NCBI GenBank assembly: GCA_016721245.1
Contig: JADKIQ010000004.1
Span: 152,442 to 216,441 of the forward strand
Direction of reading: 5' to 3'
Source: Sphingobacteriales bacterium
GTDB taxonomy: Bacteria > Bacteroidota > Bacteroidia > Chitinophagales > JADIYW01
DNA: 64,000 nucleotides
The notes under the pieces were generated by a model. That model searched no databases, was not told the origin of the DNA, and was given only the letters and a program-made list of their open reading frames with translations. Numbering within the stretch: the stretch's first letter is position 1; every line of letters begins with the position of its first letter. The translations under genes and the position numbers were made by a program. Shown here one piece after another: positions 43,199 through 53,466 of the stretch.

Positions 43199-43324
43199 AT
43201 GTCTTTACACTTATTGTTTATTGCAAATTTAGTGTGTTTGATTTTAAAAAAGACGTAAGAGTACGCAAGCACACAAAGCAAAGTTCTAATGGTTGAGTAG
43301 GGGAGGTTTTATCATTAAAAGAAC

Positions 43325-44113
43325 TTATGGATTATCATAGTAAGTAAAAAATTTCTTTAAGGTATCTGTAAGTATGTATGGTGTAATGATATGCGGCTTA
43401 CTGCTTACGCCATCATATACAGTTATGTGTGACGTTGCTTGTATGATTCTTCCATCTAAATCAAACTCATAATCATAAAAAACGGTATCGTATTCAAATA
43501 TGTTTGTATTGCCAAATTTCACCTTGGTTACTGTTTTAGTTAACAAGTTATCAGATGACTGACCGCTAAAGGTTATACCAAAATTCCTGAATCCAATGGT
43601 GTTTGTTTTAGTAAGGTCATAATAAAATGAATCTACAATCTTATTCACACCACCATAATTAAGAGCATAATATTCATGAGATGTATAATTCACACCATTA
43701 TTGTTTACCCTGATTGAGGTAAATCCTTCATCGCTTGCTCCCGAGTAATCCGTATATTTAGTAAGAAAGCAATTTTGATCTATGTTTAAGTATGGAAATG
43801 TTTTACTGCTGTTGCTTAAATAATTAATACTATAATAGCTGTAATCACTCTTAATAACCAAACTATCGTCATAATAGAAGTAATGTAATACGATGGTGTC
43901 TTGCATTGGGTATTTTATGGTTTCTTTAATAATTCTGTTAAAATTATCATACTCATACGCAGCATAATGTAATCTGGAGTAAGTTGTTTTTATTAGTGGA
44001 GTTCCATCCGATATATCAAAACAACCCGAAGTATTATTTGGTTTCTGTGTTTGTTTTTCACATGCTGCTAAACAAGACAACATTACAAGAATAATGATGG
44101 CAAATTTTTTCAT
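43325..44113 (-). CDS. hypothetical lipoprotein with YD-repeat-like motifs
   Basis: Lipobox LSCLAAC. YEYDNFNRII and YEFDLDGRII resemble the YDxxGR(L/I) motif. Confidence 0.5.
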   Translation of the reverse strand: MKKFAIIILVMLSCLAACEKQTQKPNNTSGCFDISDGTPLIKTTYSRLHYAAYEYDNFNRIIKETIKYPMQDTIVLHYFYYDDSLVIKSDYSYYSINYLSNSSKTFPYLNIDQNCFLTKYTDYSGASDEGFTSIRVNNNGVNYTSHEYYALNYGGVNKIVDSFYYDLTKTNTIGFRNFGITFSGQSSDNLLTKTVTKVKFGNTNIFEYDTVFYDYEFDLDGRIIQATSHITVYDGVSSKPHIITPYILTDTLKKFFTYYDNP

Positions 44114-44291
44114 AATACACTTTTGTTAATAGTAAATATAATAAATTATATCATAAAAGGTGTAAAATTATATGAACTCAGGATGTTTTACGCATAAATG
44201 CCATATCAGCCGACTATCATGCTATTTGGTTTTCTTCCGGCTTCGATTCGAATAGTGGTTGTCAGGTGACAACAATTGTCATAAGCAGGTC

Positions 44292-44897
44292 TTATGGTTT
44301 TTTATTTTTATTTATCTCTATGTTTTTTATTCCGCTGATGGGAGCAATCTTTATGGTTTGTTCATTTTTCACCACATAAAAATAATAGAGACTGTTCGTT
44401 TCCAACAGACAGATATCTTCCGATTCTCCGGTGTTGTAATTTATTTTATGGTTAAAATGTAAATGGTTCTCTTTTATTCTTTGGGAAGTCAGATACCCTT
44501 CTGCGCTTCCATATCCCAGATAGATGGAGAGCAGGCCAATCGCAAGGAATTTTAGTGCCACAAAGGAGTAATAATTTTTAAGTTCACTTTCCGGTAAATC
44601 AGCAATGTTTTTCTTTAACTCAAATATTTTTTGCACCCATTTCAAATGCCCTTTTTTTAATAAAATAGCCGGTAAATAAAAGCAAAAAGTAAAAAACGAT
44701 ACGATGGTGATAAATGAAATCGGATGAGAGAATAAAGTGGCAACGGGATTCAGTAAAACATCCATGACGGAGGAGTATTTTAAAATATTGATACCCAACT
44801 GGTAGAAGAAAACTGATTCCTTTAAAATGCCCACTATGATAAGATAAAGATATCCCACAGGAAGCAGCACCTCTAATTTTTCTATGTATTTCATCAT
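44292..44897 (-). CDS. hypothetical membrane protein
   Basis: Three or four TM helices followed by a soluble C-terminal domain. Start placed at the ATG at 44897; the listed TTG at 44948 is also possible. Confidence 0.45.
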   Translation of the reverse strand: MMKYIEKLEVLLPVGYLYLIIVGILKESVFFYQLGINILKYSSVMDVLLNPVATLFSHPISFITIVSFFTFCFYLPAILLKKGHLKWVQKIFELKKNIADLPESELKNYYSFVALKFLAIGLLSIYLGYGSAEGYLTSQRIKENHLHFNHKINYNTGESEDICLLETNSLYYFYVVKNEQTIKIAPISGIKNIEINKNKKP

Positions 44898-45169
44898 ATC
44901 CACTAAATTATTCGCACAGCAAAATAGTAAAAAATACTTCTCTGTCAAAATAGCGCTGTCTGGAAGGAGCTGGGAGTGTAGGCCTGACAGCTGACGCCTG
45001 CCACGCTGAAGCTATACTAAATATCTGACAAGGGTGGTGAGCAAGTTTCCGTGCCGCTGTCATTCCAAGTAAGCGAAGAATCTTGTCCGGCTAGGGGGGT
45101 GAAGAATACTAACAAAGGCTGGAAAATGATTTGCATAAACTATTTACCTTCTATGCTCGCTATGGTTTT

Positions 45170-46084
45170 TCACTTGTCCGACTTTAAAAATGTTTCGATG
45201 GCTTTCCAGTATTTTTTAGGAACATCCATCCAGCCATAGTGACCACATTTATTCAATAAAACTAATCTGGAATTCATAAATGCATCGGAAATTTTTTCTG
45301 CGGTTTCTGTTTTGATAATATCATTTTTCCCCTGCAACACTAAAACCGCTTGTTTGAAATCGCTAAATTTATTGGAAAAGTCGTAGCCTGATTTTTTTAA
45401 ATCTTTAAATACCAATCCGTTTATTTCATAGTTTGCTTCTAATAATCTGTCAGCAATAATGTAAGCGTTCTTTTTATTGTAGACATAGGCATTTGCTATA
45501 ACATCGGCACGTTTTCTTATGGTACTTGCACTGGTATCATCATTATCTAACAGCTTGTTGTAATAAGAAAGACTATCTGCTGCTGTTTTGCTGAGATTAT
45601 TGTTTATCGTTCCGGATACATAAGTGAGAAAATCAAGGTTAATACCACCGGAAGAAGAGAAAATTAATTTGGATACATGATTCGGATATTGGTAAGCATA
45701 ACATGTTGCTAAAAGTCCGCCAAATGAATGACCCAGAATAACCCATTCACTATAACCAAGATGTTTGCGCAATGTTTCAAGATCCTGTACCATTGCATTC
45801 ATAGTAATGCTTCCTTCATGGACGCTGTCAACTATTGATTTTCCGGTTCCTCGTTGATCATAAATAATGGCATTGTAACCCATATCTGCAATTTTCGAGG
45901 CTACTTTTTCAAAGCCATTACAATTCATGCCAGGTCCGCCATTAATTATTACTACCGGCTTTCCTTTTCCATAAGTTTTGTAATGAATGACAGATGTTTC
46001 CTGTACAATAAACTGACTGTTTTGTGCTTTCAGTTGGAAAGAAAAACTAATGAATAAGAATAATATCAGGTATTTATAACGCAT
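45170..46084 (-). CDS. secreted alpha/beta hydrolase (proline iminopeptidase-like)
   Basis: Signal peptide; INGGPG; nucleophile elbow GHSFGG; CGHYGW. Confidence 0.75.
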   Translation of the reverse strand: MRYKYLILFLFISFSFQLKAQNSQFIVQETSVIHYKTYGKGKPVVIINGGPGMNCNGFEKVASKIADMGYNAIIYDQRGTGKSIVDSVHEGSITMNAMVQDLETLRKHLGYSEWVILGHSFGGLLATCYAYQYPNHVSKLIFSSSGGINLDFLTYVSGTINNNLSKTAADSLSYYNKLLDNDDTSASTIRKRADVIANAYVYNKKNAYIIADRLLEANYEINGLVFKDLKKSGYDFSNKFSDFKQAVLVLQGKNDIIKTETAEKISDAFMNSRLVLLNKCGHYGWMDVPKKYWKAIETFLKSDK

Positions 46085-47459
46085 CGCACCAGTTTATAAT
46101 TGTTTTCATCATTTCATGATTAAATCTTTTTGCAGCATAAGAATTGTATTCAGGAGTTTCCATCATTTGTATGAATTTTTTCATGATACCGACTTTCTGC
46201 ATTTCATGGTTGGTTTTAGGAATGAATTTGTATGTTGCTTTTCCAGAATGACTTTTATTTACTATTCTTACAATTCTTTTGTGACCGGCATCTGATAATG
46301 CTGCTATATCAGCGCCACCGTATAAAGATAAAACACTGCAATTTATGTTGCTCCAAACATCACTCATATTCCTTTGGTTTATTTCCTCATGAAACCGGAT
46401 CGTTCTGCCGGCAGCAAATTTTCCGCTATTAGAATCATACCCGATTTTTTCAAGTAATTTTACATTGCTGCTGTCTTCTGTTATTTCATTCAGTTTTTCA
46501 GGATGCTCAAAAAGGTTATTGGCAAGAGGCCTTAAGCTTATCATTTCCTCATTTATCTTTTCTTTATTTTTACCAAATACCAATGACTGTTCTGAATATG
46601 CTTTTAATATATAATCCTTCCATGGCATCAGAACCGTTCCGTAAATGATTATTCCTTTTGGATTATATTCATTCGCAATAATTGGTGCTATTATGCCGCC
46701 TAATGAATGTCCGAACAGGATAACATTTTTTGGCTGCACATTTTGGTATTGAAATAGTTTTTTATAACCTTCTTTGAATAGTTGTACTTCATCATTAAAT
46801 CCCATTTCATGGCATGGAATGCTTGATTTGCTGTCGCCCATACCTGCTTTTTCTACAATAAACAGCTGATAGCCTGCATTCAGAAAATCTTCTTGTAAGA
46901 GGTAATAGGGATTATCTTTTGGGAGTTTGTCCAGAGAAGCACAATAAATTCCGGGCAAAAAATAAATTGTACCCTTAGACGGTTTTGTTTTTGGTGTTTT
47001 TAAAAAGCAACGTATGAAGCCATCCTGAAAAGGAAACTCGTCGTATAATATGTCAACATCTTTTATGGTTTCTCTTGGTCTTTCTATCACTTTTCCACTC
47101 AGTATTTTTACTGTTTTATTTCTGATAACAGCTACACGTATGCTGTCATCTGTTCTTAAGCCAGAAGCTATTTGTATTAATTCAGCATTGGTATTAACAG
47201 GAGAATCGTTTATTTGTGTAATCTGGTCGTATGCCTGAAGCCCAATGAATGCTGCTGTAGTACCCGGTATAACCTCTTTTACCAGAACTGAATTTGTATT
47301 TTTTATTGCTAAAGAATCGGATAAGGGAGCAGGAATTTCAGGATAGAATACGACACCTAACATTCCTTTTCTTTTTAATGATTGTGCAGGTGCAAACGAA
47401 ATAAAAACAAGTAATAATAATGTAAGCAGCACCTTTGGCTTTAAGTTAAATATCTTCAT
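46074..47459 (-). CDS. secreted PDZ domain + alpha/beta hydrolase fusion
   Basis: PDZ-like GMLGVVF...VLVKEVIPGTTAAFIGLQAYDQITQIND. Elbow GHSLGG. There is an 11-nt overlap with the downstream hydrolase gene. Confidence 0.7.
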   Translation of the reverse strand: MKIFNLKPKVLLTLLLLVFISFAPAQSLKRKGMLGVVFYPEIPAPLSDSLAIKNTNSVLVKEVIPGTTAAFIGLQAYDQITQINDSPVNTNAELIQIASGLRTDDSIRVAVIRNKTVKILSGKVIERPRETIKDVDILYDEFPFQDGFIRCFLKTPKTKPSKGTIYFLPGIYCASLDKLPKDNPYYLLQEDFLNAGYQLFIVEKAGMGDSKSSIPCHEMGFNDEVQLFKEGYKKLFQYQNVQPKNVILFGHSLGGIIAPIIANEYNPKGIIIYGTVLMPWKDYILKAYSEQSLVFGKNKEKINEEMISLRPLANNLFEHPEKLNEITEDSSNVKLLEKIGYDSNSGKFAAGRTIRFHEEINQRNMSDVWSNINCSVLSLYGGADIAALSDAGHKRIVRIVNKSHSGKATYKFIPKTNHEMQKVGIMKKFIQMMETPEYNSYAAKRFNHEMMKTIINWCDAL

Positions 47460-47761
47460 GGTTTTAAATTATAGCAGCAAAATGGTAGTAGAAAATGCAT
47501 CAGCATTTTCCGTAAATTTTGTTTATTAGTTGCTGTTTTAGGAAGTATATTACATATTTCTAAAAAAATATTCTGCTTGATAAATACTTGTTGCTGTTCA
47601 TTCAGTTTGTAGTTCCTTGATTGGAAACCAACGACGGCGTTAGAGAGTATGGTTTAATTAGTGTCTACGAGTGGGACAAGGAAGATGAGAGCGAGTTTGG
47701 ATTAGCATAAATATAAATCTTTTAAGTTTTAAGCTATTAATGCAATTCTATTCTATTTTTT

Positions 47762-48751
47762 TTATTTACCATTTTTCTTGATATTGGTAAAAGTATCTGT
47801 CTTAGGATTATATTTGCCTAAAAGTTTTAATTTATGTGTTTGACCATCTTTATTGTAAAAAACTGACAATTTATTATTGGCTAATACCATATCTGCTGTT
47901 GAATCATTATGCATTCCTATTGATACAATCTTCGCTTCAGGCTCTTCACCAATTTTTTGATATGATTTTGCTTGTATAATTTCTACTGGATGTATTTCAT
48001 ACCAACTAACAATTTCTGACTTTATTGAAGCAACTGGTATTTTTTTATTTTTTTCTCCGATTATGTATATTTCTGTTGTCTCTAATTCAAAAGGAAATTC
48101 TGAGCGTTTGTCAGACTCACTTCCATTCTTCATAAAATTATAAAGTGTAATGCCTCTAATTTCGTTTTGCTGACTAACAACTATTGTATTCCAAACATAA
48201 TGAGACATCAAGTATGCCTCATCGTTTTTGTAGTAATGTACAACCAATTCTTTCTCGTCACTGGTAGCTAATAAATCTGACTTCTTACCAATAAACGTGA
48301 CTCTTAAGGGCAATTTTACTTTGATGATTAACTTTAATTGATTTAAAGAGACAGAGAACCAGCTAAAAATATCATTAGGAGATATTTCATTGAAATTATA
48401 CAAAATAATTCCAAATTCATTTGCTGCGTCAAACGCATCTGCTTGATAGCCATTAGTAGTAACAAATACTAATTTTGAAATACCTTTAATCCTTAGACAT
48501 TTACTATAAAACGCCTCAATTTCCTTAACAGATACTGCTCGTTCATAATCTTTACATTCAATAGCGATATTAATTTCTAAATTCTGTAACTGACAAGAAA
48601 CATAAAGGTCAATCTCTCTCTTTCTTCCACTTGTATTTTTTATCCTATGGTTTGGGTAAATTCTTGTATTTGGTATTTCTTTTAAAGATTCGTGAATAAG
48701 CTTAATAAGCCTTTCAATATTTTTTCCATCTTTAACTTTATTAGCTTTCAT
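47762..48751 (-). CDS. PD-(D/E)xK (Mrr-cat type) restriction-endonuclease-domain protein with an unknown C-terminal domain
   Basis: RKREIDLYV...INIAIECKDY...VSVKEIEAFYSKC...LVFVTTNGYQADAFDAANEFGIILYNF. Start placed at the ATG at 48751 (MKANKV). The C-terminal ~200 aa carry no motif I recognise. Confidence 0.7.
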   Translation of the reverse strand: MKANKVKDGKNIERLIKLIHESLKEIPNTRIYPNHRIKNTSGRKREIDLYVSCQLQNLEINIAIECKDYERAVSVKEIEAFYSKCLRIKGISKLVFVTTNGYQADAFDAANEFGIILYNFNEISPNDIFSWFSVSLNQLKLIIKVKLPLRVTFIGKKSDLLATSDEKELVVHYYKNDEAYLMSHYVWNTIVVSQQNEIRGITLYNFMKNGSESDKRSEFPFELETTEIYIIGEKNKKIPVASIKSEIVSWYEIHPVEIIQAKSYQKIGEEPEAKIVSIGMHNDSTADMVLANNKLSVFYNKDGQTHKLKLLGKYNPKTDTFTNIKKNGK

Positions 48752-48971
48752 TCTTATAAAAGTAAGCAAAGAAAATAATATATAAAACGATTCCTTTTTT
48801 ATGCATACCCCAAAACTGTTATTTGATTAGGTGTGTAAAAAATTACAGGATTCTTCTCTTTTCTATTATAAAATACTTGATATGCAATCATTTCTTCTTT
48901 GAATAATTTTAATAATCTATTAAAATCAAACAAAAGCCTGGGGTGGTTAATATGCAATAATATTTTATCTA

Positions 48972-49036
48972 ATGGTTGGTGTCCCCACCAACCATATTTA
49001 TCTCGTGGTATCGGTTGGTGAAGACACCAACCGATA
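48972..49036. repeat. two adjacent hairpins sharing the arm GGTTGGTG/CACCAACC
   Basis: ATGGTTGGTG-TCCC-CACCAACCAT (48972-48995) and TATCGGTTGGTG-AAGA-CACCAACCGATA (49009-49036). They begin 5 nt after the cphA stop. Confidence 0.85.
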
Positions 49037-49041
49037 AATCC

Positions 49042-51699
49042 TTAATCATGCAAATTCGGAATATCCTTTTTATTAAACTTATACAGCTGCTCGCTTTCTT
49101 CTTCTTTGTATTTCATTACCTGTGCTAAAGCATCCGGCACTACATCGCTGCACAACACCAGCAAGGAACCTTTCTCTGCGTTTTTCACAGCAAAGTCTAT
49201 GGCTTCCGGTTCTAATGGTATCACCGTAATTTTCTTGTCCGGGTCGTGTTGCTTAATACCGTCTTTCAGCATCTCTATCAGTTCCTCAGAAGTCTTGCCG
49301 CGCAGGTTTCTGTCCTGGCGTATAATAATTTCATCAAACATCTCTGCAGCAATACGGCCAATCTCATTATTGTCTTCTTCTCTGCGGTCGCCAATGCCGG
49401 CAATCACACCCACTTTTTTCGTGGCTTCAATATTGTCCACAAACTTCTGCAGCGCCCGCATGCCCGCCGGGTTGTGCGCATAGTCTAACAACAAATCAAA
49501 GTTTTTGAAGTTGAACATATTCAAACGTCCCGGTGTTTGTGCCGCAGATGGAATAAAGGTTTCCAGCGAAAGCTTAATATCCTGCAAAGAAAAACCACGC
49601 AGGTAACCGGTCAGCACCGCAGGCAACACGTTTTGTATCATAAAGGTAGCACGGCCGCCGTAGGTGAGTGGCACGTTCACCGCTTTGGTGATGCGCATTT
49701 TCCATTCGCCTTTGCAAATCGTAATAAATCCATCTTCGTATATCGCCGACAAACCGCCGCGTTTCATGTGCGCTTTAATATGCTTGTTATTTTCATTCAT
49801 GGAGAAGAACGCCACATGGCATTTCAAATCCTTGCGCATATTATACACCAGTTCATCATCGGCATTTAAAATGGCATAGCCACTCGGCATCACCGATTCG
49901 GGAATCACGCCTTTTGCTTTCGCCAGCTGTTCTAAAGTATGGATACCTTTCAAACCTAAATGGTCGGCTGCCACATTGGTTACTATACCAATATCGCAAT
50001 GGTCGAAGGCCAGACCAGCCCGCAGCAAACCACCACGTGCCGTTTCCAGTACGGCAAAATCCACCGATGGATCGCGCAATACGTATTCCGCACTGGCAGG
50101 GCCGGTACAGTCGCCTTTCAGCACCATCATGTTCTGGATATAAACGCCATCACTCGTGGTGTAACCCACGCTATGGCCTTTCATTTTTGCCATGTGTGCA
50201 ATCAAACGGGTGGTGGTAGTTTTACCGTTCGTTCCCGTCACTGCCACAATCGGAATGCGGGAATTGGTGCCGGGAGGGAACAACATATCAATAACATGGG
50301 AAGCCACGTTGCGCGCCAGTCCTTCGGAAGGCGCGATGTGCATACGGAAACCCGGTGCCGCGTTTACTTCCAGTACCGCACCGCCGGTTTCATTGGTCGG
50401 CAGGGAAATATCGGTCGTCATCAAATCGATGCCGCAAATATCCAGTCCAACAATTTTGGCGATACGTTCCGCCATCAGTACATTGTACGGATGCACGATG
50501 TCGGTGACGTCGGTAGCCGTTCCGCCGGTGCTTAAGTTGGCCGTATCTTTTAAGTTTAATTTTTCACCTTTTGGCAGCACACTTTCTTTGGTGAGATTTT
50601 TATTGGCTAAAATCTCATCCGTCATTTTATCGAAATGAATTTGTGTCAAGACATTTTCATGTCCGTAGCCGCGACGCGGATCATTGTTGACTTCATCTAC
50701 GAGTTGCTGAATGGTGGAAACACCATCGCCAATAACGTGTGCAGGTGTTCGACGTGCGGCTGCCACCAGTTTGTAATTGATCACGAGCAAACGGTAATCG
50801 TCGCCTACAATATATTTTTCTACAATGACAGAACGCGAAATATCTTTGGCTGCTTTGAAAGCAAACAAGGCTTCGTCCCAGTTTTGAATATTGATGGTAA
50901 TACCGCGGCCATGGTTTCCGTTGATGGGTTTTATCACCAAGGGATAGCCTAAATAGTCAATGGCATCTTTCAGACCTTCTTCCGATTTAATCACTTCGCC
51001 TTTCGGAATAGGAATTTCCGCCTTGTCGAGCATGTATTTGGTGTCTTCTTTGTCGCAGGCAATCTCTACCCCGATAGAGCTGGTCTGGCTCGTAACGGTA
51101 GCCTGTATGCGTTTCTGGTTGGCACCATATCCAATCTGACACAAAGAGTATTTATTCAAACGGAACCAAGGCATACCGCGGGAAGCCGCTTCTTCCACCA
51201 GAGAACCTGTACTGGGTCCGAGGCGTTCGTCTTCACGCATTTCGCGCATGGTTTCAATATCTTTCTTTAAGTCGTATGCTTCGTTGTTGGCAATGGCTTC
51301 CGCAATTCTTACCGCAGCTTTGGCGGCGTACACGCCCACTTTTTCTTCCATGTAATCAAAGACCACAAAATATACGCCTTCTTCGCCGTAGGTTCTGGTT
51401 CTGCCGAAGCCGACATCCATACCCGCCAGCGTTTGTATTTCCAAAGCGATGTGTTCGATGACGTGTCCCATCCAGGTGCCTTCTTCCACGCGCTGGAAAA
51501 ATCCGCCTTCGCAGCCCACAGAGCAGCGGTGACTAATCATCGTTGGAAATGTAGTTTTCAAGCGTTCGAGAAATCCGGGGATGAGATTGGTCGGTTTTTG
51601 CTCATACTCCTGCAAATCCAGTGTCATTACAATTAACTTGTGTCTTCTGATGGACCAGTAATTAGGTCCGCGCATGGCTCTGATTTCTCTAATCTTCAT
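49042..51699 (-). CDS. cphA: cyanophycin synthetase
   Basis: 885 aa. Characteristic N-terminus MKIREIRAMRGPNYWS, an ATP-grasp domain, and a Mur-ligase-like domain (GTNGKTTT). Confidence 0.95.
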   Translation of the reverse strand: MKIREIRAMRGPNYWSIRRHKLIVMTLDLQEYEQKPTNLIPGFLERLKTTFPTMISHRCSVGCEGGFFQRVEEGTWMGHVIEHIALEIQTLAGMDVGFGRTRTYGEEGVYFVVFDYMEEKVGVYAAKAAVRIAEAIANNEAYDLKKDIETMREMREDERLGPSTGSLVEEAASRGMPWFRLNKYSLCQIGYGANQKRIQATVTSQTSSIGVEIACDKEDTKYMLDKAEIPIPKGEVIKSEEGLKDAIDYLGYPLVIKPINGNHGRGITINIQNWDEALFAFKAAKDISRSVIVEKYIVGDDYRLLVINYKLVAAARRTPAHVIGDGVSTIQQLVDEVNNDPRRGYGHENVLTQIHFDKMTDEILANKNLTKESVLPKGEKLNLKDTANLSTGGTATDVTDIVHPYNVLMAERIAKIVGLDICGIDLMTTDISLPTNETGGAVLEVNAAPGFRMHIAPSEGLARNVASHVIDMLFPPGTNSRIPIVAVTGTNGKTTTTRLIAHMAKMKGHSVGYTTSDGVYIQNMMVLKGDCTGPASAEYVLRDPSVDFAVLETARGGLLRAGLAFDHCDIGIVTNVAADHLGLKGIHTLEQLAKAKGVIPESVMPSGYAILNADDELVYNMRKDLKCHVAFFSMNENNKHIKAHMKRGGLSAIYEDGFITICKGEWKMRITKAVNVPLTYGGRATFMIQNVLPAVLTGYLRGFSLQDIKLSLETFIPSAAQTPGRLNMFNFKNFDLLLDYAHNPAGMRALQKFVDNIEATKKVGVIAGIGDRREEDNNEIGRIAAEMFDEIIIRQDRNLRGKTSEELIEMLKDGIKQHDPDKKITVIPLEPEAIDFAVKNAEKGSLLVLCSDVVPDALAQVMKYKEEESEQLYKFNKKDIPNLHD

Positions 51700-51909
51700 A
51701 TGATACAGTTGGTTGTTTTATTTTGAAAATACTTTAGTAAAGTAGCAATTTTTAGATAAAATAAGAATTTTTTGATTCAATTTTTCTCTTTATCAGAACG
51801 GATGTAATCAGGAAAGGTATTTGTGAAGATACAAAATGGAATAACAGCATAAAATTATACATGGCTCAAAATGTCCTTTTATTGTCTGTTGCGGCAAGAA
51901 TATTAACTG

Positions 51910-51917
51910 TAAGTTTG
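51910..51917 (+). promoter_or_regulatory. -7 promoter box (TAAGTTTG)
   Basis: Perfect TAnnTTTG, 19 nt before the ATG at 51937. Confidence 0.5.
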
Positions 51918-51936
51918 TATCAGAAAATATACAAGC

Positions 51937-52854
51937 ATGAGTACAAAAATTATTTTCCTGGTTCTTCCGCATGTTCATTTGATGGACCTTGCAGGACCTG
52001 ATCAGGTCTTTTTTGAATCGATAGATATCGGTGCTGATTTTGAACTGGAATATTGCAGCTATACTGCAGGCTTAGCTACTTCTGCGGGTTTGCCGTTTGA
52101 GAAAATAAAACACTTTTCAAAAGTAAAAGTAAAGTCCGGAGATTTTGTCATTGTACCGGGAGCGGATTTGCATTTTATTCAGTCAAAGGCATTCAAAAAA
52201 GAAAAGGAAATATTCAGTTGGCTGAATACATGTCATGAGCTGGGCGCAAAAATCTGCTCTGTTTGCAGCGGTGCTTTTGTGTTGGCTGAATCGGGCTTGC
52301 TGGACGGGAAATCCTGTACAACCCATTGGAAACGAACGAAGGAATTGCAGGAGCACTATCCCAAACTGAGGGTAATAGAGAATGTATTGTTTACGGAAGA
52401 AGACGGCGTGTATACCAGTGCGGGAATTGCATCGGGAATTGATATGGCATTGCACATTGTGGAACAAATTAAAGGGGAATATTTTGCGCATAAAGTAGCC
52501 CGCGAGATTGTTATTTATAACAGACGGAAAGGAAACCAGACGCAGCAGACGGTTTTTACAGATTACCGGAATCACATACATGCAGGTATACATATGGTGC
52601 AGGACTGGCTGCAGGAAAATCTGGACAAAAAAGCTTCTTTAACCGAACTGGCTGAGATTGCTTCCATGAGTGACAGAAACCTGACGCGTATTTTTAAAAA
52701 AGAAACAGGATTAACCGTCAATGAATTTACCAACCTGCTGAGGAAAGAAAAGGTGCACAATTTGCTGAAACAGCCGGATTTATCCAGAAGTCAGATAGCC
52801 GGGAAGGTGGGCTTAAAAAGCGAACGACAACTGAGCAGGATTCTGCATAAATGA
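51937..52854 (+). CDS. GlxA-family (DJ-1/PfpI sensor + AraC HTH) transcriptional regulator
   Basis: N-terminal GATase1-like domain (ICSVCSGAFVLAESGLL). C-terminal AraC HTH (LAEIASMSDRNLTRIFKKETG). Confidence 0.85.
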   Translation: MSTKIIFLVLPHVHLMDLAGPDQVFFESIDIGADFELEYCSYTAGLATSAGLPFEKIKHFSKVKVKSGDFVIVPGADLHFIQSKAFKKEKEIFSWLNTCHELGAKICSVCSGAFVLAESGLLDGKSCTTHWKRTKELQEHYPKLRVIENVLFTEEDGVYTSAGIASGIDMALHIVEQIKGEYFAHKVAREIVIYNRRKGNQTQQTVFTDYRNHIHAGIHMVQDWLQENLDKKASLTELAEIASMSDRNLTRIFKKETGLTVNEFTNLLRKEKVHNLLKQPDLSRSQIAGKVGLKSERQLSRILHK

Positions 52855-52880
52855 ATTTGAATGTCAAAATATAAGGGTGA

Positions 52881-53351
52881 ATGCGCATTCAGCAAAAATA
52901 TAAAACAAGAGCAGTAAGGTTTTTAGAAGTATACCCTTTGGGAGACTGGAGAATCAAAGTATACACGATAACGATAAAAGATGCGTTTGTGGATTTAAAA
53001 ACGATTAAACTTGTTAAAAGTAAACTTCCGGAATGGCTGCAACAAAAAGAAAATTACGGACTGGAGACATATGGTATTGCCACGCTGATTATTCATAAAG
53101 GCAAAGAAGGCTGTTTTGCCATTATTAACTGGTGGATTGATGAGAATATGCTGCAGAATCATGTTTATCTCGCACGTAATGAAACGCCGGATGACTTTGC
53201 CGTATACTCTGATAAAGGTATTATGACCTGTGTGTGGGAGATGGCTGTTTTATGGTACGAACGGAATTTATGGGTGAAGTATGTGCTGAAGAAACATAAG
53301 CAACCCGATGTGGAGTCTTACCTGAATAAACATTTAAATGCAGATGTCTGA
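52881..53351 (+). CDS. hypothetical protein (156 aa)
   Basis: Lies 26 nt downstream of the GlxA-type regulator gene on the same strand. No motif recognised. Confidence 0.4.
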   Translation: MRIQQKYKTRAVRFLEVYPLGDWRIKVYTITIKDAFVDLKTIKLVKSKLPEWLQQKENYGLETYGIATLIIHKGKEGCFAIINWWIDENMLQNHVYLARNETPDDFAVYSDKGIMTCVWEMAVLWYERNLWVKYVLKKHKQPDVESYLNKHLNADV

Positions 53352-53466
53352 TAAAGTTTAAAATCTACATACTTTTTACAACTTACTAAGATGAGTATTT
53401 TCAATAACACGGTGTGTTATTTTCAAAAATAAAAGCTGCATATAGTTAACCTTTTAAATCTATTGT